From NCBI GenBank assembly GCA_034408855.1, contig JAWXCK010000253.1:12730-76729 (forward strand): a stretch of DNA of 64,000 nucleotides, read 5' to 3'. The first letter of the stretch is position 1. Each line of letters opens with the position of its first letter. This stretch comes from Pirellulaceae bacterium (GTDB lineage Bacteria > Planctomycetota > Planctomycetia > Pirellulales > Pirellulaceae). Below are positions 8,586 to 22,361 of the stretch, one piece after another. The notes under the pieces were generated by a model. The model was given only the letters and a program-made list of their open reading frames with translations. It made no database searches and had not been told where the DNA came from. Both the position numbers and the translations under genes were made by a program.

Positions 8586-10916
8586 ATGCGATTAACATTA
8601 CGAACACTGCTTGCTTATTTAGACAATGTCCTTGAGCCGAACGATGCGAACGCCTTGCGTGAAAAAATCACGCACGGAAAACTTTCGCGAGGGATTGTCG
8701 AGCGTATTCAGAGCGTATCCGCTCGACCAAAACTTGCTGCGCCAAAAGTCGACGCTAGGGGGACCGCTGGAGATGCCAACGTCGTTGCCGAGTATTTGGA
8801 CAACACGCTAGACGCTCAACATATTATCGATTTCGAGCAAGCGTGCCTTGGCGAAGATGCTCGTTTGGCCGAAGTAGCATGCTGCCATCAGATCTTAACG
8901 TTAGTGTTGAAGAAGCCGGCTGTTGTCGCTGCACCTCTTCGAGATCGGATTCGTAATCTCGCGAACTCCAACTCGGTTGGAGAGGCTGAGCCAAGCGAAA
9001 AGAGCATCGATGTGAATAGTTCGACGGTTTTAAGTCGTGTCGCTATGAGCGTGCAAAACGGAAAACGTTATCGAATGGATGCGGCTCATCGTGATGGCAC
9101 GCAAACCAACAGCGAACACGAACAAGACGCCGCGTCGGATGCCGTTCGTCCCTTGGCGACCCAAGGTCTGGAATTGGATGACAAGCTAATTGAGCATGTG
9201 CCCGAGTATCTCAGAAGCGGAACGTCGGGAGAATGGAAGAATGCGATTTCGATTCTGGGATTGATCGCCGCACTTTTGTTTGTTGCTTGGCTTTCCGTTG
9301 GCTCGATGGATGGCGTTCGCGACCTACTGAATCGCCGAACAGACATCAGTGCCAATCGCTCCGACGATAAAGAGATGCAGCAGGCCAACGTAGTCGCAAA
9401 CGATGTTGCGGCACCTGAACAGCCCGTCGCTGAAGCAGAACCGATTCCTTCGATAGCCCCCAGCACCTCGTCGGAGGCTCCGCCTGGATCGCCCGGTATT
9501 ATCGAAGCAAGCACTGCACCGCCTGTGCCTACTGAAGCCAGTTCGGTCGATAGTGTTGCTCCGATCGCCGTCAAGTCGGACGCACCACCGCCGCTTCCAC
9601 CAGAAAACTCGTCGACCGGCGAAATCTCGGCTGTGGTATCGGCTCCGCCAGTTCCCGATTCATCACCTGCCCCAATGGTTCCCTCGTCACCAGAAGCTCC
9701 GATTGCGGCGGATGTCGGAGACCTAGCTCGAGCTATTGAATGGTTGCCTGAAGACAAGCTCTCCGCACAAGCGACGGTTTTTACTCTTCGAAAAGGCGAT
9801 CCACAAAATCAAGGAATTCGCCGACTGACTGCCGGAGATTCGACTGCACCTGATGAAATGTTGGTTGTTCCGCCAGCGTATCGGACGGAATTTCGAATGG
9901 CGCCAGGCATTCGATGGATTGTTGCGGATGAATCGATGATGTCAAGTTCGCCGGAAAATGGCGAAGGATCGGCTGCCGTTTATCTTCAATTGGGAAGAGC
10001 GATGGTGCATGCGACGCCCGATTGCCAACGACTAACGCTTCAAAATCCGATTCGTACGATCGTCATAAACACGAGCGATCCGACTTCGATCGTTGCGATC
10101 GAGCTGCGATATAAGCGAGTCACGAGCGCATCGATATCACATTCCATCGAGATTCAAAAAGAGAATCCGTTCAGTTTCATGCACCCCGTCCTGAGTATTG
10201 TCAGCGTAGCAGGCGGAGCGAGAGTTGAAGCATCCAATGAAGAGCCGATGGATTTAGAAATCGGTCAAGGTGTCGAGTATACGATCAACGCCAAGCCAAA
10301 TCGAATTACCGTCAAAGAAATCCCTTGGTGGTATCGCGATAGTGTCCAGCGGCCAATCGATGGCGAAGCAGCGATCGATTTTTCGAACGCGTTATCGGCG
10401 GATGCAAATAAAGTTTCGATTGTCGATCAAATTCAAACAATGGCGCAAGGCCGTCGAGGCGAAACCGCCGCGCTCGCCATACGGACGTTGATGTTGATGG
10501 GAAGTTACTCGCATTTTATCGGTACCGATGGCATCTTATCGAATCCGATTGCGAGGCCTCATCGAGCTGTTATCTTGGAAACATTTTATCAGTCGCTGGG
10601 CGCGAACGCTGAAAATCTAACAGCGTTGCAGACGACGATTCAGTCCAACGACCCGCCGCGATCATTGCGTTTGCTCGAACTTCTATCGCTTCCCGATAAT
10701 CGACAACTCGAAGAGGGAGCTGACCGTCTATTAGTTGAAGCGTTAAACAGTCCATTTCTTGACGAACGAATTCTTGCAATTTACCAGTTGAATGCCATCG
10801 TCGGCAAAGAACATGGCTATCAGAGCGACCGTCCGAATTCAGAAAGTATGCAATTCTGGAAGCGACAACTCAGCACCGGAAAAATCCGCTGGTCGAAGTC
10901 AGCTCGTGAACCGTAG
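8586..10916 (+). CDS. large membrane-anchored hypothetical protein with Pro/Ser/Ala-rich linker
   Basis: 776 aa. N-terminus MRLTLRTLLAYLDNVLEP, one hydrophobic segment (ILGLIAALLFVAWLSV), a low-complexity P-rich region and a C-terminal helical domain. Confidence 0.6.
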   Translation: MRLTLRTLLAYLDNVLEPNDANALREKITHGKLSRGIVERIQSVSARPKLAAPKVDARGTAGDANVVAEYLDNTLDAQHIIDFEQACLGEDARLAEVACCHQILTLVLKKPAVVAAPLRDRIRNLANSNSVGEAEPSEKSIDVNSSTVLSRVAMSVQNGKRYRMDAAHRDGTQTNSEHEQDAASDAVRPLATQGLELDDKLIEHVPEYLRSGTSGEWKNAISILGLIAALLFVAWLSVGSMDGVRDLLNRRTDISANRSDDKEMQQANVVANDVAAPEQPVAEAEPIPSIAPSTSSEAPPGSPGIIEASTAPPVPTEASSVDSVAPIAVKSDAPPPLPPENSSTGEISAVVSAPPVPDSSPAPMVPSSPEAPIAADVGDLARAIEWLPEDKLSAQATVFTLRKGDPQNQGIRRLTAGDSTAPDEMLVVPPAYRTEFRMAPGIRWIVADESMMSSSPENGEGSAAVYLQLGRAMVHATPDCQRLTLQNPIRTIVINTSDPTSIVAIELRYKRVTSASISHSIEIQKENPFSFMHPVLSIVSVAGGARVEASNEEPMDLEIGQGVEYTINAKPNRITVKEIPWWYRDSVQRPIDGEAAIDFSNALSADANKVSIVDQIQTMAQGRRGETAALAIRTLMLMGSYSHFIGTDGILSNPIARPHRAVILETFYQSLGANAENLTALQTTIQSNDPPRSLRLLELLSLPDNRQLEEGADRLLVEALNSPFLDERILAIYQLNAIVGKEHGYQSDRPNSESMQFWKRQLSTGKIRWSKSAREP

Positions 10917-10933
10917 GTACGACGTAGAGTCAT

Positions 10934-12259
10934 CTACAGACCAACGTTTGCACACAGCAATTGCTCGTCGCTTCGAGCAAATACATGTCGGTTGGCAAAG
11001 GCCGGATGCGACCAACAGACACCTCGATCGCCTCGTCGAGATAATTGCGGCAACGTCGGATCGATCAATTTTGATCGACTGAGTTCTTCGAAACCTTCCG
11101 GAGTGAGTTTCGCGATCAGCAACTCGCCGCTTTCATTGAGCATCCACGTTTCTTCGCCGTGCTGTACAAAATGGATGGTGCTCCAGCGATCTTGAGGGGT
11201 GGCAGTTAAATTTTCCCAGAGGCGTTTTCCATTCTTGGCGTCCAAACATCGAAGCTGACCGTAGCTATCGACGCCATAGATAAATCCGTTGCGAAAAAGG
11301 GGCGTTCCTATCATGCAATGCAAGGCGTCGGTGTTTTTTTCGTCCTTCCCTCGAACTTGCCACAGCTTCTCTGCGGCAAGTCGGTCCGAAGGAATACGCA
11401 TCATCAGCGAACCGTCATAGAACGATGAAACAAACAGTCGATCACCTTCGACAACAGGTGTCGGAACGCCGATAGGCATTTTGTGAGCACGAAACGGGAT
11501 TTGCCAATGTGGTTTTCCATTGAGCGGATCCATGCCAACGACGCTATCGCCGGTCCAAACAACGACGACGTCTTGGTTGGCTTGTCGAATCAAGATCGGT
11601 GCAGAATATTGAGCACGATCGTCGAGCGAGCGCCATCGTTCCTTGCCGCTAACGCAGTCAAGGCCAAGGATACATGCCCCGTCGGATCCACCAATATGGA
11701 CAATAATCAAGTCTTGATAGACTAACGGAGACGCAGAAATCCCCCAGGTCGGCATATCGATTTTATAGTCGATATTCAAATCCCGATGCCAAACCACTTT
11801 GCCCGTTTGAGCTTCGATGGCATGCAAATCGCCCATGGCCCCAAGTGCAAACGCTGTGCCTTGGTCGATGCTTACCGATGCTCGTGGCCCAGCAGGATAT
11901 TGAATTCGATAGCGACATGGATACTCGTGCGTCCATAATGGCTCGCCATCTTTTTCGGAGAAGCAAAGAACGCGTTCAGAAGCCTCTTGTTTATCTGTCA
12001 CAAACACGCGACCATTCGCAACGGTTGGTCCGCTGTAGCCAGGTCCGATAGGAACAGTCCACACAATCGGCAGTTGACCCGCCGGGAGTTTCTTTGCGAT
12101 CCCATCTTCCAACCAACGACCTGTTCGATCGGCACCACGCCATTGCGGCCAATCGTCTGCCAACGAATGCGCGGTCGTAAGAGCCATCGAACCACCGATG
12201 CCTGATTGGATCATGTCAATAAACTTGCGCCGATTCAGCATTAAGGATTCCTTTGTCAA
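10934..12259 (-). CDS. PQQ-like beta-propeller repeat protein with Tat-type signal
   Basis: 441 aa. RRKFI twin-arginine-like signal, then ADDWPQWRGADRTGRW and repeated propeller blades. Paralog of 13024-14337. Confidence 0.75.
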   Translation of the reverse strand: MTKESLMLNRRKFIDMIQSGIGGSMALTTAHSLADDWPQWRGADRTGRWLEDGIAKKLPAGQLPIVWTVPIGPGYSGPTVANGRVFVTDKQEASERVLCFSEKDGEPLWTHEYPCRYRIQYPAGPRASVSIDQGTAFALGAMGDLHAIEAQTGKVVWHRDLNIDYKIDMPTWGISASPLVYQDLIIVHIGGSDGACILGLDCVSGKERWRSLDDRAQYSAPILIRQANQDVVVVWTGDSVVGMDPLNGKPHWQIPFRAHKMPIGVPTPVVEGDRLFVSSFYDGSLMMRIPSDRLAAEKLWQVRGKDEKNTDALHCMIGTPLFRNGFIYGVDSYGQLRCLDAKNGKRLWENLTATPQDRWSTIHFVQHGEETWMLNESGELLIAKLTPEGFEELSRSKLIDPTLPQLSRRGDRGVCWSHPAFANRHVFARSDEQLLCANVGL

Positions 12260-12264
12260 AACAT

Positions 12265-12906
12265 CTACTCGGGTTGGATGAGCTGGACTTGAACAATTTG
12301 CATTATATCAACTGCAACCAGTTCCTTGGGTCCGCTGAGCGAAGCGATCACGTTTCCAAGTCGATCGAGCACCTCGACTTCGTTGTCAAGCGAATCGATA
12401 GCCGACGGTCCGTTGGAAACCATGAGGTCACAACATTTTCGCTGCATCTTGACGATCGAACGAAAGCGACGGTCGTCGGATTCCAAAGCAAAGCCAACGA
12501 CCCATTGCCCTTTTTTCTTTGCAGATCCAAGGGTTGCGACGATGTCCGGTGTTTCGATCAGCTTGAGCATAACTTCGCTCCCTGTCTTGCTGATCTTTTG
12601 CGGTAGAACATGTGTCGGCATATAGTCGCACGGGGCAGCGGCACCGATAAGCCCATCGGCATCTTGAAAAGCCGTCGTCGTCGCGTCGAGCATCTCTTCG
12701 GTGGTGATGACAGGAATGACCAATACTTCATGCGGATAGTCGATTTGTACTGGGCCGCTCACGATAGTCACTTCGTGCCCAAGTGCGATCGCGGCTCTCG
12801 CCAACGACGCGCCCATTCGGCCGCTCGAAGCGTTCGACAAATAGCGAACCGGATCGAGATATTGTCGCGTAGGGCCTGAGGTAATTACAATCTTTGCCAT
12901 GTACAA
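12265..12906 (-). CDS. coaB: phosphopantothenate--cysteine ligase (stand-alone CoaB domain)
   Basis: 213 aa. ITSGPTRQYLDPVRYLSNASSGRMGASLA matches the CoaB signature. No CoaC flavoprotein domain is attached. Confidence 0.8.
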   Translation of the reverse strand: MYMAKIVITSGPTRQYLDPVRYLSNASSGRMGASLARAAIALGHEVTIVSGPVQIDYPHEVLVIPVITTEEMLDATTTAFQDADGLIGAAAPCDYMPTHVLPQKISKTGSEVMLKLIETPDIVATLGSAKKKGQWVVGFALESDDRRFRSIVKMQRKCCDLMVSNGPSAIDSLDNEVEVLDRLGNVIASLSGPKELVAVDIMQIVQVQLIQPE

Positions 12907-13023
12907 GCGTGTTCAAAATGGGGTTCGTCTCGACGTCCAACCGCCTACTGTTATAATGCATCGCTGCTTGAATTGTAGAATTCTCCTAGCATTGCTTTTT
13001 TAAACCTGACGAGGATCTTCCCA

Positions 13024-14337
13024 ATGAAATTTGCATTTTGCTTGTTCGTCATATCGTTTGTTGCATCGAGCGTCGTTGCGGATGACTGGCCGCAATGGAA
13101 TGGGGCGACCCGAACAGGAATTTACAGCGAGTCGGGCACGCTTCGCTCGATTCCTTCGGACGGATTAAAAAAACTTTGGTCGCAACCAGTCCATTTGGGC
13201 TATTCTGGGCCAGCGGTTTCGAAAGGGCGAGTCTTTTTAACCGACTATATCCGGACTTCGGGCGAGATAACCAATAATGCCGGTGGTCGAGATCGACTGA
13301 ATGGGACTGAACGCATTTTATGCTTCGATTCGAAGACAGGAAAAGAGCTTTGGAATCACCAATACGATCGTGAGTATTATCTTTCGTATCCGTCGGGGCC
13401 GCGCGCGACGCCGACGGTCGACGGTGATCACGTCTACACTCTCGGTGCCGAAGGCGACTTGATTTGTCTCACGGTTGCCGATGGCAAGGTCGTGTGGAAG
13501 CGACAACTGAAAGAGGACTATCGCACGGAAACGCCGATGTGGGGCTATGCGGCCCCACCGCTGGTTGTCGACGATTGGTTGTATACCTTGGCCGGCGGTG
13601 AAGGAAGTTTGCTGGTTGCGTTGGATAAACGAACGGGTGAAGAGCGTTGGCGTGCATTATCGGCATCGAGTATCGGCTATTGCCCTCCGACCATGATCCA
13701 TGCGTCGGGTCGCGATCAACTGCTGTTATGGGATCCCGCGAATTTGAATAGCCTCGATCCGAAGACGGGCACCGTGCTTTGGTCAGTCCCGCTCGCACCG
13801 AGGTATGAAATGTCGATTACGCCGCCTGTGATCAGTGGCAATCGGATGTATGTTTCCGGGATCGGCGAAGTCGCGGCGATGTTCGAATTCGAGCCGAACA
13901 AACTGGGTGTAAAGGAACTATGGCGAGGAAAAGTCAAAAACGCACTCTATTGTGCGAACAGCACCCCGTCCTTTGATGGCGACTACGTTTATGGAGCGGA
14001 TTGTGGGATTGGAAGCATGATCTGTTTTCGAGCCAGCGACGGAGAACGGCAATGGGAGACGTTTGCTCCGACTGCCGGTGGGGACCGTCGGCAAGCGCAT
14101 GGAACGGCTTTTCTGGCGAAAGTCGGCGATCTTTACTATCTCTTAAGCGAGACAGGTGATTTTATCATCGCCAAGCTTTCCCCAGAGAAATATGAGGAAA
14201 TCGGTCGATTTCACGTCTTGGACGCCACAAACACTGCTTTTGGGCGAGAAGTGGTTTGGTCATATCCGGCGTACGCCCATCGGTGCCTTTTTGCCCGCAA
14301 TGACAAGGAAATCGTCTGTTATTCGATAGCCGAATAG
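13024..14337 (+). CDS. PQQ-like beta-propeller repeat protein, secreted
   Basis: 437 aa. Signal peptide, then ADDWPQWNGATRTGIY. Collinear similarity to 10934-12259. Confidence 0.75.
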   Translation: MKFAFCLFVISFVASSVVADDWPQWNGATRTGIYSESGTLRSIPSDGLKKLWSQPVHLGYSGPAVSKGRVFLTDYIRTSGEITNNAGGRDRLNGTERILCFDSKTGKELWNHQYDREYYLSYPSGPRATPTVDGDHVYTLGAEGDLICLTVADGKVVWKRQLKEDYRTETPMWGYAAPPLVVDDWLYTLAGGEGSLLVALDKRTGEERWRALSASSIGYCPPTMIHASGRDQLLLWDPANLNSLDPKTGTVLWSVPLAPRYEMSITPPVISGNRMYVSGIGEVAAMFEFEPNKLGVKELWRGKVKNALYCANSTPSFDGDYVYGADCGIGSMICFRASDGERQWETFAPTAGGDRRQAHGTAFLAKVGDLYYLLSETGDFIIAKLSPEKYEEIGRFHVLDATNTAFGREVVWSYPAYAHRCLFARNDKEIVCYSIAE

Positions 14338-14551
14338 CGTTGGGCTTGCCGATGTGCTTCCAATTGAGGATACTTTTCGGCTTCCCAAAACCGATGTCCA
14401 ACCAATTTCGAACAAATGTCGTTCGAAATCGTTGCCTTAACTTCCGGCATTCCTACCGGGATGGCAAGTGGATTGGACGGGTCCGACCTAAACGGCGACC
14501 CAGACCCCGTTGCTCGCAAGCTAAGAACTTGCGAAAGAAAGATCGAACTAG

Positions 14552-15160
14552 ATGGCAAGATATACTGGCCCCAAGGCTCGCGTGAACCGTCGTTTCGGAG
14601 CTCTTTTGTTTGAAAGTGCGGGTGCTGCCCGTGCCTTTTCAAAGCGAGAGAACCCACCTGGAATGCATCCACGTCCTCGTCGTACGAGCAACTACGGTAC
14701 TGCGTTAGCCGAGAAGCAAAAGATCAAGTACTACTACGGTTTGGGCGAACGACAATTGCGACGGTACTTCGATGAAGCCGTTCGAAAGAAGGGCAATACC
14801 GGTGAAACGCTGCTTTTGATCTGTGAACGACGGCTTGATAATATCGTCCGACGCGTAGGTTTTACCAAGACAAGACCTCAAGCACGACAAGGCGTGGTGC
14901 ATGGTCACTTCACGGTCAATGGCGTGAAAGTCTCGTCGCCATGTTATATCTGCCGACCTGGCGATGTGATTGAAATTCGCAATCGCGATTCGATTAAAAA
15001 TGTCTACCGAGGAATCATCGCGAACAACGCTCCAATGCCGCTGGATTGGTTGACTTTCGATACTGAAAATCTACGAGTTACGGTGGCTGGCAATCCTGGT
15101 GCAAGCGATATTAGTTTGCCAGTGAACGCTAATATCGTTGTCGAATTCTTGTCGCGATAA
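14552..15160 (+). CDS. rpsD: 30S ribosomal protein S4
   Basis: 202 aa. MARYTGPKARVNRRFG N-terminus and an S4 RNA-binding domain. Confidence 0.95.
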   Translation: MARYTGPKARVNRRFGALLFESAGAARAFSKRENPPGMHPRPRRTSNYGTALAEKQKIKYYYGLGERQLRRYFDEAVRKKGNTGETLLLICERRLDNIVRRVGFTKTRPQARQGVVHGHFTVNGVKVSSPCYICRPGDVIEIRNRDSIKNVYRGIIANNAPMPLDWLTFDTENLRVTVAGNPGASDISLPVNANIVVEFLSR

Positions 15161-15170
15161 TTTTCTTCCA

Positions 15171-16619
15171 ATGCATACTCCAATAGTTGTTCTGGGCGGT
15201 GGCCCCGGCGGTTACGCGGCTGCTTTTTTAGCAGCCGACGAAGGGCTCGACGTCGTCATCGTAGAAGCGGATACGCGCTTAGGTGGCACCTGCCTGCTGC
15301 GCGGTTGTATTCCATCGAAAGCTCTCTTGCACGTCGCGCGTGTTATCGCTGAAGCTAATGAGATGAACGATGAATGGGGAGTTGCATTCGGCAAGCCAAC
15401 GATCGAAATCGATAAAGTTCGAGCTCGCAAAGAGAAGGTCATTGCGACGTTGACCGGTGGTCTCAGCGGGTTGGCCAAACGCCGAAACGTAAAAGTCATT
15501 AAGGCCCGCGGACGTTTTGAAAACAATACCACGTTGCTCTTGGAAGGTGACGATCCATCGATTCCCGAAGGCGGGCGTTTGACCTTCGATCACTGCGTCA
15601 TTGCGACGGGCAGCACGCCCGCCATGCCGCCAGCCTTTAAGATCGGTTCCGATCGAGTCATGGATAGTACCGGTGCTTTGGAACTCAAAGATATACCGGA
15701 AAAACTGCTCGTGATCGGTGGCGGCTACATCGGCCTGGAAATGGGTAGCGTCTATGCTGGGCTTGGTTCCAAAGTTTCGGTCGTGGAATGGACGCCGACC
15801 TTGCTTCCAGGAGCTGATCGCGATCTGGTCAAGCCGCTCCAGAAGCGGCTCGAACATCTCTTCGAAAATCGAATCTACCTGAGCACCAAAGTCGGTTCCG
15901 TGACTGCGGTCGATGACCAAATCGAAGTCACCTTTGAAGGACCTGGGAAGTTTGGTCATGAACGCTACGACCGTGTATTGGTGAGCGTTGGTCGACGTCC
16001 AGTTACCAATGACCTGGGACTCGAAAAGACTTCGGTAAAAGTCGATAGTAAAGGTTTCATTGTTTGCGACAAGTCACAGCGAACGGATGCATCCAACATC
16101 TTGGCGATTGGCGACGTCGCCGGCGAACCGATGTTGGCTCACAAAGCCAGCCACGAAGCCAAAGTCGCGATCGAAGTGATTTTAGGTAAATCGGTGACAT
16201 TCGATAAACGAGCCATACCGGCGGTCGTATTCACCGATCCTGAAATCGCCTGGGCCGGATTGACGGAAGAGCAAGCCAAACGCGACGGCATGACCGTCGA
16301 TGTCGAAGTCTATCCGTGGGCGGCGAGCGGTCGAGCCCAAGCCATCGGTAGGACCGAAGGTTTTACCAAGTGGCTGATCGATCCGAAATCGCATCAAGTT
16401 CTCGGTTGTGGCATCGTCGGCGCAGGGGCTGGCGAGTTGATCGCCGAAGCCGTACTTGCAATCGAGATGGGATGCGAAGTCCGAGACATTACCGAATCGA
16501 TTCACCCGCACCCGACACTCAGCGAGACTCTGATGAATGCCGGTGAAGTCCACTTCGGTACCGCCACCGAAATCTACAAACCCAAAAAGCGCAGCGAAGC
16601 AAACGAAAAGGCAATCTAA
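15171..16619 (+). CDS. lpdA: dihydrolipoyl dehydrogenase
   Basis: GGGPGGYAAAF FAD motif and redox disulfide GGTCLLRGCIPSK, plus a C-terminal HPHPTLSE interface motif. The ORF is open from 15138, but ATG 15171 (MHTPIVVLGGG) fits. Confidence 0.9.
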   Translation: MHTPIVVLGGGPGGYAAAFLAADEGLDVVIVEADTRLGGTCLLRGCIPSKALLHVARVIAEANEMNDEWGVAFGKPTIEIDKVRARKEKVIATLTGGLSGLAKRRNVKVIKARGRFENNTTLLLEGDDPSIPEGGRLTFDHCVIATGSTPAMPPAFKIGSDRVMDSTGALELKDIPEKLLVIGGGYIGLEMGSVYAGLGSKVSVVEWTPTLLPGADRDLVKPLQKRLEHLFENRIYLSTKVGSVTAVDDQIEVTFEGPGKFGHERYDRVLVSVGRRPVTNDLGLEKTSVKVDSKGFIVCDKSQRTDASNILAIGDVAGEPMLAHKASHEAKVAIEVILGKSVTFDKRAIPAVVFTDPEIAWAGLTEEQAKRDGMTVDVEVYPWAASGRAQAIGRTEGFTKWLIDPKSHQVLGCGIVGAGAGELIAEAVLAIEMGCEVRDITESIHPHPTLSETLMNAGEVHFGTATEIYKPKKRSEANEKAI

Positions 16620-16625
16620 ATCGGC

Positions 16626-20069
<3,444 letters not shown>

Positions 20070-20184
20070 ATTAAGACTAAATAGGCGAGTTATGAGCAGC
20101 CGCGAAACACGGTCTACGAAAGCATATCAAAAAACGCCATTTTCGAGATAGGGGCTGGAAGAAGCCTGATGAAAATGTCCAATC

Positions 20185-20210
20185 GCGAGCCGTCGGCACT
20201 AGCCGCGGGC
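20185..20210 (+). repeat. copy of ~25-nt intergenic motif
   Basis: Reads gcgagccgtcggcactagccgcgggc. Located in an intergenic region. Confidence 0.55.
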
Positions 20211-20326
20211 TGGCCTCATTCAGAAGTTGGCTTGACGCCGAGCATGTTTTTTCGGTAATCCCAAGCTCGATCTCCGAAAACGGGGAAAAAATAGGCCTAA
20301 ATCGCTAGCTGAGAGGACATATCGCT

Positions 20327-21670
20327 GTGCCGCTTGTGTGTAACAATCCGAAGTTTTTCGTGGTTGGTACGGTGGCCTGCTGCGCGCTGCTTGCTTCGAT
20401 TGGCTGCCAACGTCGAGCCTATACCGATATCTATGCGGAAAACATGGCTTCCGAGATCCGCGAGCTCGAAAACCGCATCTACGAATACGATGCCGAGTAC
20501 CAAGGTATCGAAAACGAACTGGCTGTTCTTCAGTCAGAAAACTCGCGGCTTCACGATCAGCTTCGATCATTGCAAACGCAATCTTCAAGGCCAAACACTG
20601 ACGATCGCTCGTTGTTCAACGGTTTTCAAAACGCTCCTAAGTCTCCACGCACCCCGAGCACACAAAGCCAACGCCCAATAAATCCTGGCTCGATGGATTC
20701 GCCGATTCAAATAGTTCCATCCCCAGACTCGCTCCCTAATAATGTTCCCAAAAATGTCCCCAAAAATCCGCCCAAGGCACCGGCGATCAACAAGACGCCG
20801 TCGGTCGATAATCTTCCAGCACCTCAAAGTAACCCACCCGAAAAAACTGGGCTCGATAAACGGAAAACAGATGTCAAAGAACTCGAACCGCCCGTCATCG
20901 AATTTGGAAAGCCCGGCAATTCAATACTACCGCCAAGCAACTCGGCGATCCCAAATCGTCCATCGATTCCGAATCCGTCCTCAATTCCGAATCCGCCAGC
21001 AAGTTCAAATCTTAACAACGACTCGTTATTGCCTCCCCCTTCGAATAATGGCATTGTTGCACCACCAAACTCCGGGGCTGCCAAGCAATCGAAAGCAACG
21101 CTAGTTTCTCAGACTGCTGCCTATGCTTTGCCATCGTCATTAGACAATGAAAACATCGACGACAATCGCATTGAATTGCCCTTTGCCGTTCAGCCGGCCG
21201 GTTTTCAAACTCCTTCGAACGAGTCTTCATCGCAGTCGGTTCAAGATACGAAAGTCATTGAAATTGCCTTCCATCCAACACTCTGCCGCGGTCAGAACAC
21301 CGATGCAAAAAATGCCGAGGATGGTCTCTATCTGGTTTTACAACCGCGGAATGCCTCGGGCGAGACGATCGATATTCCAGCCGGAGTGACCATCGTCGCT
21401 CTCGATCCGAATCGGCCAGAAGCGGAATCGAAGATTGGGCGTTGGTCGTACTCGATGGAAGAAGTCGAAGCGTCGCTCGAGCCCATCGGAGTATCACATG
21501 GATTCCACATCCTGCTGCCGTGGCAAGCCATCAAACCGCTTGACGATTCTGTTCTAATATACATTCGATACGAAATGGCTGATGGAAGGCGACTGGTCAA
21601 CGAACGCCGTATTCAGCTCCACGTTCCGTCGGCCGGGAGCGCCACCTGGACGCCTCGCGTTGCCAAGTAA
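20327..21670 (+). CDS. hypothetical lipoprotein with coiled-coil and Pro-rich repeats
   Basis: 447 aa. Signal peptide plus Cys (LLASIGC), heptad-like segment (ENELAVLQSENSRLHDQLRSLQ) and short peptide repeats NVPKNVPKNPPK and PSIPNPSSIPNPP. Confidence 0.55.
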   Translation: MPLVCNNPKFFVVGTVACCALLASIGCQRRAYTDIYAENMASEIRELENRIYEYDAEYQGIENELAVLQSENSRLHDQLRSLQTQSSRPNTDDRSLFNGFQNAPKSPRTPSTQSQRPINPGSMDSPIQIVPSPDSLPNNVPKNVPKNPPKAPAINKTPSVDNLPAPQSNPPEKTGLDKRKTDVKELEPPVIEFGKPGNSILPPSNSAIPNRPSIPNPSSIPNPPASSNLNNDSLLPPPSNNGIVAPPNSGAAKQSKATLVSQTAAYALPSSLDNENIDDNRIELPFAVQPAGFQTPSNESSSQSVQDTKVIEIAFHPTLCRGQNTDAKNAEDGLYLVLQPRNASGETIDIPAGVTIVALDPNRPEAESKIGRWSYSMEEVEASLEPIGVSHGFHILLPWQAIKPLDDSVLIYIRYEMADGRRLVNERRIQLHVPSAGSATWTPRVAK

Positions 21671-21672
21671 AC

Positions 21673-22242
21673 CTAGAGCGAATCGATCCCGAGGTCATCG
21701 GCTGGGCGATCGAGTGAGTTTTCTTGGTTCACTCCTCGTCCCTTTTGATTGGACAGATGTTCGCTCGGCATCGCTGGAATAGGCATAACAAACAACTGCC
21801 CCATCTCTTCGGCAACGACTTTGACGTTCGTTCCCTGCTCGATCAATCCGCTTCGGCTGGTCGCTTCCCAGCGTCGGCCGTCGATCTCGACTTCACCGGT
21901 TGGAACCAATTCACAAACGGTACGCCCTTTCTTCCCCACCATCGAATCGGTTTCCCAAGTGAACGGCTGGGCTTTTTGCGGTGCAATGATGATTCTTCGT
22001 CCCAACGGCGTGTTCGGCCATAGCTTGATAAACAACCACGCAAACAACGGGACGCAGGCTAACTCGGCAATCAACATCCAAAGCCCTGCATCATAACTAT
22101 GTCGAAACGCAAAGAAGATCGATCCAATACATGACAAGAGCGAAAGGGCGAGCAAGATACCGCCACTTGGAATCAACAGATCCAAAGCGAGTAGAATAGC
22201 AGCAATTCCAACAAAGACTAAAGCGATCGCAATCGGGCCCAT
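21673..22242 (-). CDS. NfeD-family membrane protein
   Basis: 189 aa. Several N-terminal transmembrane segments and a C-terminal OB-like NfeD domain (PTGEVEIDGRRWEATSRSGLIEQGTNVKVV). Confidence 0.7.
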   Translation of the reverse strand: MGPIAIALVFVGIAAILLALDLLIPSGGILLALSLLSCIGSIFFAFRHSYDAGLWMLIAELACVPLFAWLFIKLWPNTPLGRRIIIAPQKAQPFTWETDSMVGKKGRTVCELVPTGEVEIDGRRWEATSRSGLIEQGTNVKVVAEEMGQLFVMPIPAMPSEHLSNQKGRGVNQENSLDRPADDLGIDSL

Positions 22243-22280
22243 GTTACTTTACGTTGCCTGGATCATTACTAAAGAACGTT

Positions 22281-22361
22281 CGATAAATAAGTGTCCGGTA
22301 CCTTTTGTGCAAAGCACCCGAAGGGCCGTTCCGGCAAAAGGTACCGGACACTTATTTATCG
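22281..22361. repeat. ~26-nt-arm inverted repeat (hairpin) overlapping the stop codon of the upstream gene
   Basis: Arms cgataaataagtgtccggtaccttttg / caaaaggtaccggacacttatttatcg. The right arm covers the stop of 22356-24002(-). Confidence 0.65.

Noticed and set aside
9086-9757. 223-aa antisense ORF in the Pro-rich region of 8586-10916
   Set aside because: Low-complexity GC-rich DNA keeps the opposite strand open. Its G/A/S-rich translation mirrors the sense-strand P/A/S linker.
14338-14551. 214-nt leader upstream of rpsD as a possible S4 autoregulatory RNA structure
   Set aside because: I could not identify a convincing conserved pseudoknot or hairpin by eye, so there is no basis for a call.
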